A DNA stretch of 64,000 nt from an uncultured Gammaproteobacteria bacterium (GTDB lineage Bacteria; Pseudomonadota; Gammaproteobacteria; Eutrophobiales; Eutrophobiaceae): the NCBI GenBank assembly GCA_943788005.1, contig CALSOP010000002.1:989389-1053388 (forward strand), given 5' to 3'. Below, in pieces: positions 60,620-64,000 of the stretch (the first letter of the stretch is position 1; the number at the start of each line of letters is the position of its first letter). Below the pieces are notes generated by a model, which was not told where the DNA came from, made no database searches, and saw only the letters and a list, made by a program, of their open reading frames with translations. The translations under genes and the position numbers were made by a program.

Positions 60620-61611
60620 AAAGCCTGTATCAATTAAAAAACATTACGTTTAATTACGGCACTGACTTTAATCTTGTTGATGTCTGTGTGGATATAGATA
60701 AATCTAATATCATCGCTATTGTCGGTCCCAATGGCTCAGGAAAAACGAGTTTACTTAACATACTTTCATTTCTTAAATTTCCTCATGCAGGGACTCTTAT
60801 TTATAATGAAAAAGAATTAGCTCTAGATAATTTTGAAAAATTCAGAAAGACGGTGGGTTATGTGCAACAGAGCCCGTATCTATTGCGAGGGACTGTATTT
60901 AAAAATATTGAACTTGGTTTAAAGCTAAAAAAAATTAATAAAGCTCTTCGAGCAAAGAAGGTTTCTGAAGTAATGCAACTGTTAGGTATTAATAAATTAT
61001 CGAATAGAAATGCGCGAAATTTATCTGGTGGTGAGGCACAAAAAGTTGCTATAGGACAAGTGCTCGCGCTTGACCCTGATGTTTTGATATTTGATGAACC
61101 GTTTACACATCTCGATAAAGATTCAATAGATGAATTAGAACAAATTGTTTTGAAATTGAAAGATGAGCTGGAGAAAACGATAATTCTTACAACTCATAAT
61201 CAATATCAGGCACAATGGCTCGCAGATGATGTTTATAGTGTAATAAAAGGAAAGGTCTTTGAGTACCAAATGATTAACCTTTTTAGTGGCTGTATTGATT
61301 TTGAAAATAATGCTTTTAATACAGGTAAGCAGCTAATAATTATTCCCGAGGATATAAATAACGCAGAACATATTGCTATAGATCCAAAACAGATTGTCAT
61401 ATCAAGAAATAAAATTGATTCAAGTATGCAAAATAGTTTTCAGGGAAAGGTCACAGGAATGGCTGAGGTTAATGGGCAGGTGAAAGTTAGCATAGAATCC
61501 GATGAAGAATTTCAGGCTATAGTGACGCATAAAGCACTAGAGGAATTGAGCCTGACTCTAGGTGCAGAAGTATGGATTAGCTTTAAAAGTTCATCGATAC
61601 TGGTATTCTAG
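60616..61611 (+). CDS. ABC transporter ATP-binding protein with C-terminal TOBE-like domain (TupC/ModC-like)
   Basis: Walker A GPNGSGKTS, signature LSGGEAQKV, Walker B LIFDEP. ATGA overlap with the upstream ORF. Confidence 0.8.
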   Translation: MKSLYQLKNITFNYGTDFNLVDVCVDIDKSNIIAIVGPNGSGKTSLLNILSFLKFPHAGTLIYNEKELALDNFEKFRKTVGYVQQSPYLLRGTVFKNIELGLKLKKINKALRAKKVSEVMQLLGINKLSNRNARNLSGGEAQKVAIGQVLALDPDVLIFDEPFTHLDKDSIDELEQIVLKLKDELEKTIILTTHNQYQAQWLADDVYSVIKGKVFEYQMINLFSGCIDFENNAFNTGKQLIIIPEDINNAEHIAIDPKQIVISRNKIDSSMQNSFQGKVTGMAEVNGQVKVSIESDEEFQAIVTHKALEELSLTLGAEVWISFKSSSILVF

Positions 61612-61638
61612 GGGTAAAAGTAACCCGGTGTATCAATA

Positions 61639-62463
61639 ATGGAAGAAGAAATACAAGCACTACAAAAAGCGGCCGATCTTGCCAGTGAGATTGCTGTAAA
61701 TTACGGGTTCCAGTTTTTTGCAGCACTGATTATCCTCATCATCGGATGGCAAATAGCAAAATGGGTTGCCTCCCTTGTTTTAAAATTATGCACTCGCATG
61801 AATCTTGATATCACACTATCAAAGTTCTTTGCAGGTGTGGCCAAAATAATCCTTCTTGCCTTTGTAATTATTATCGCGCTCGGAAAGTTTGGTATTACGA
61901 TTGCGCCATTTATTGCGGCTCTTGGTGCAGTTGTCTTTGGTAGTACTCTGGCATTGCAGGGTCCCATATCAAATTATGGTGCAGGATTAACGATAATTCT
62001 TACACGACCATTTGTCGTTGGGGATACTATTCGCATCGATAGTGTTATTGGTATCGTAGAGGAAATTAAATTAGCCTATACCTTATTAAGCAATGAAGAT
62101 GGTGAACAGATAACCGTTCCGAATAATCAGGTTATAGGAAAGATTATCTATAACTCCGCAGAAAATTTAATTGTTGAACAAAAACTAACTATTAGTTATG
62201 ACGATGATCCCGACAAAGTAATTCTCATTATTCTTAATGAGATTAATAAAAACCCTGAAGTTGTTTCTGATCCTGACGTGCAAATCGGAATAGAGAATTT
62301 TTCAGATTATGGTATAGAACTCGGGATACGTTACTGGATTCCTACAAGGGCCTATTTTCAACTTAAGTATGTGATTAATAAATCGATCTATTCTGCTCTA
62401 TGCGCAGAAAATATTTCATTACCATATCCCAGGCAGACAGTGCATATTGAGCAGACGAGTTAA
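61639..62463 (+). CDS. small-conductance mechanosensitive channel (MscS family)
   Basis: 274 aa. Three TM segments followed by the conserved beta-domain (RPFVVGDTIRID...GIVEEI). Confidence 0.8.
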   Translation: MEEEIQALQKAADLASEIAVNYGFQFFAALIILIIGWQIAKWVASLVLKLCTRMNLDITLSKFFAGVAKIILLAFVIIIALGKFGITIAPFIAALGAVVFGSTLALQGPISNYGAGLTIILTRPFVVGDTIRIDSVIGIVEEIKLAYTLLSNEDGEQITVPNNQVIGKIIYNSAENLIVEQKLTISYDDDPDKVILIILNEINKNPEVVSDPDVQIGIENFSDYGIELGIRYWIPTRAYFQLKYVINKSIYSALCAENISLPYPRQTVHIEQTS

Positions 62464-62551
62464 TGGAGGACACTTGTAACAGATCATTATGTTTTTATTG
62501 ATATACTTAAGAGTGTGTTTGCGAAAGTATAGATAATAAGGAGAATCAAAT

Positions 62552-62905
62552 ATGACAATTCCAGTTAACAAGGTCATAGGCATAGGCCCGAAAACTACTG
62601 AATACTTGAAGACTAAGAATGTGACAACGGCTGCTGAGCTAGTAAAGTTTGGCGTTACAAATCTGTCTCTTGCTCCAGGTTTTAATCCCGGTCGCGCTAC
62701 AACCACAATTAATGAAGCAAAAAGTATAATTAATGGGCCAAGCATCTCAAAGCCAGCTAAAAAAAATCCTTCGGATAAATTAAAATCGAAGCCTAAAAAG
62801 GCTGGCAAAAATAACAAGAAAAATAAAAACACTAAAGATAAAAAAGACAAGAAGAAAAAAGATAAAAAGAATAAGAAAAAGGACAAGAAGAAAAATAAAA
62901 AATAA
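62552..62905 (+). CDS. helix-hairpin-helix protein with histone-H1-like lysine-rich tail
   Basis: 117 aa. N-terminal HhH (VIGIGPKTTEYLKTKNVTTAAEL). The C-terminal ~45 aa are almost pure K/D/N repeats. Confidence 0.55.
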   Translation: MTIPVNKVIGIGPKTTEYLKTKNVTTAAELVKFGVTNLSLAPGFNPGRATTTINEAKSIINGPSISKPAKKNPSDKLKSKPKKAGKNNKKNKNTKDKKDKKKKDKKNKKKDKKKNKK

Positions 62906-63023
62906 TTAAAAATATAAACTTTATTCGACATCATGCTTCTCTGGCTAAGTCAGAATATTAAATGTTTGGTTTATGTTGTTTATACGTTTTCGCAATACTT
63001 ATTAAAAACAAGAAGAAATAATT

Positions 63024-64000
63024 ATGAAAATTGAAACAATAGCAGTCCATGGCGGTTACTCTCCGGAACCAACAACAAAAGCTGTCGCTGTGCCAATTTA
63101 TCAAACAACATCATATGCGTTTGATAGTACACAGCATGCAGCGGATCTATTCGACTTAAAGGTCGAAGGCAATATTTATACGCGGATGATGAACCCGACT
63201 ACTGCTGTGCTAGATCAGCGTGTCGCTGAGATGGAGGGAGGGATAGCCGGTTTAACTGTAGCATCAGGTATGGCCGCAATCACCTATGCAATACAAACGA
63301 TAACTGAAACGGGAGATAATATAATATCTACCAGTAGTTTATATGGAGGCACCTATAATCTATTTGCACACACGTTTCCGCAGATGGGAATTGAGACACG
63401 TTTTATTGATGCGGGTGCATATGACCAAATTGCATCTTTGATTGATGACAGAACTAAAGCCGTTTTTTGCGAATCTATTGGTAATCCTGCTGGTAATGTT
63501 GCTGACCTAGGAAAGATTGCAGAAATAGCCCATGCGCATGGTGTGCCGGTTATTGTCGATAATACCGTTGCAACACCTTACTTATGCAGACCCTTTGAAC
63601 ATGGCTGCGATATAGTCGTTCACTCCCTGACTAAATACATGGGCGGTCATGGTAGTAATATTGGAGGCATCATTGTTGATTCAGGTAAATTTCCGTGGGC
63701 TGAGCATAAGGAACGTTTTAAACGTTTGAACGAACCGGACCCATCATATCATGGTGTCGTTTATACCGAGGCCTTAGGCCCCGCTGCCTACATAGGTCGG
63801 GCACGTGTTGTACCGTTAAGAAATATGGGCGCAGCTATATCACCGATGAATAGCTTCATGATTATGCAAGGTATTGAAACATTGCCGGTAAGGATGGATC
63901 GACATTGTGAAAATGCGATCAAAGTGGCTAACTATTTAACAGAGCATAAGAAAGTAAGCTGGGTGAGATATGCTGGTTTACCAGATCATCCAGATTACAA
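63024..64000 (+). CDS. metY: O-acetylhomoserine sulfhydrylase / aminocarboxypropyltransferase (MetY), 3' end outside window
   Basis: By my own translation from ATG 63024: MKIETIAVHGGYSPEPTTKAVAVPIYQTTSYAFDSTQHAADLFDL...SLTKYMGGHG (PLP-Lys context). The frame is open to the window edge, so it is absent from the ORF track. Confidence 0.9.
   Translation, partial: MKIETIAVHGGYSPEPTTKAVAVPIYQTTSYAFDSTQHAADLFDLKVEGNIYTRMMNPTTAVLDQRVAEMEGGIAGLTVASGMAAITYAIQTITETGDNIISTSSLYGGTYNLFAHTFPQMGIETRFIDAGAYDQIASLIDDRTKAVFCESIGNPAGNVADLGKIAEIAHAHGVPVIVDNTVATPYLCRPFEHGCDIVVHSLTKYMGGHGSNIGGIIVDSGKFPWAEHKERFKRLNEPDPSYHGVVYTEALGPAAYIGRARVVPLRNMGAAISPMNSFMIMQGIETLPVRMDRHCENAIKVANYLTEHKKVSWVRYAGLPDHPDY

Noticed and set aside
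62780-62905. Repetitive AAGAAAAA-type tract, plus the 9-bp tandem GTGAATTGA x2.5 at about 58860-58890 and AATCAA x3 at 21749-21766, examined as possible CRISPR/VNTR/phase-variation repeats
   Set aside because: All are in-frame coding low-complexity (poly-Lys tail, LNSLNSL, NQNQNQ). Unit lengths are multiples of 3, and there are no spacers or repeat-spacer periodicity. There is no CRISPR array in the window.
62419-62934. 171-aa minus-strand ORF rich in Phe/Leu (FFLSFFLFFL...)
   Set aside because: It is the antisense mirror of the AAG/AAA-rich lysine tail of the plus-strand HhH gene. It is a low-complexity artefact with no independent support.

Overview
A 64-kb chromosomal window from a low-GC (about 40% by eye) gammaproteobacterium. 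I cannot name the organism. An mtdB gene and a Fae homologue point to H4MPT-linked C1 metabolism, so it may be methylotroph-like. The backbone is conserved core synteny. From memory it matches the Pseudomonas order: trmB-thiGS, argS, priA, ponA/mrcA, divergent pilMNOPQ-aroK-aroB-(dgt)-AAA/SPOR protein-gltBD, then hemE, and later the miaB-ybeZ-ybeY-corC-lnt operon. Three things stand out. (1) A 20-kb stretch (8.3-28.2 kb) has nearly every long gene broken by single-nucleotide indels: priA, mrcA, pilM, pilN, pilQ, aroB, dgt and gltB. The other ~44 kb is clean. This is either real gene decay or locally poor consensus. (2) About 19 kb of accessory DNA sits between gltD and hemE. It holds a polyamine operon, a divergent Fae homologue, mtdB fused into a signalling context (PP2C, GAF/HD-GYP), a macro-domain protein and YaaA. 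It also holds two near-identical IS3-family copies flanked by four different truncated genes, one copy carrying a frame-fused OrfAB and the other a duplicated IS end. (3) A bipartite direct-repeat motif occurs upstream of three genes in that island. Other notable items are a Hanks kinase and a Na+/H+ antiporter each fused to a cyclic-nucleotide-binding domain, a TupA-TupB single ORF, a tRNA-Gly(CCC) with a non-canonical T-arm, and two lysine-rich basic proteins. I saw no CRISPR array, rRNA, prophage or recognisable defence system. All calls come from reading the ORF translations and the DNA by eye. No searches were run.
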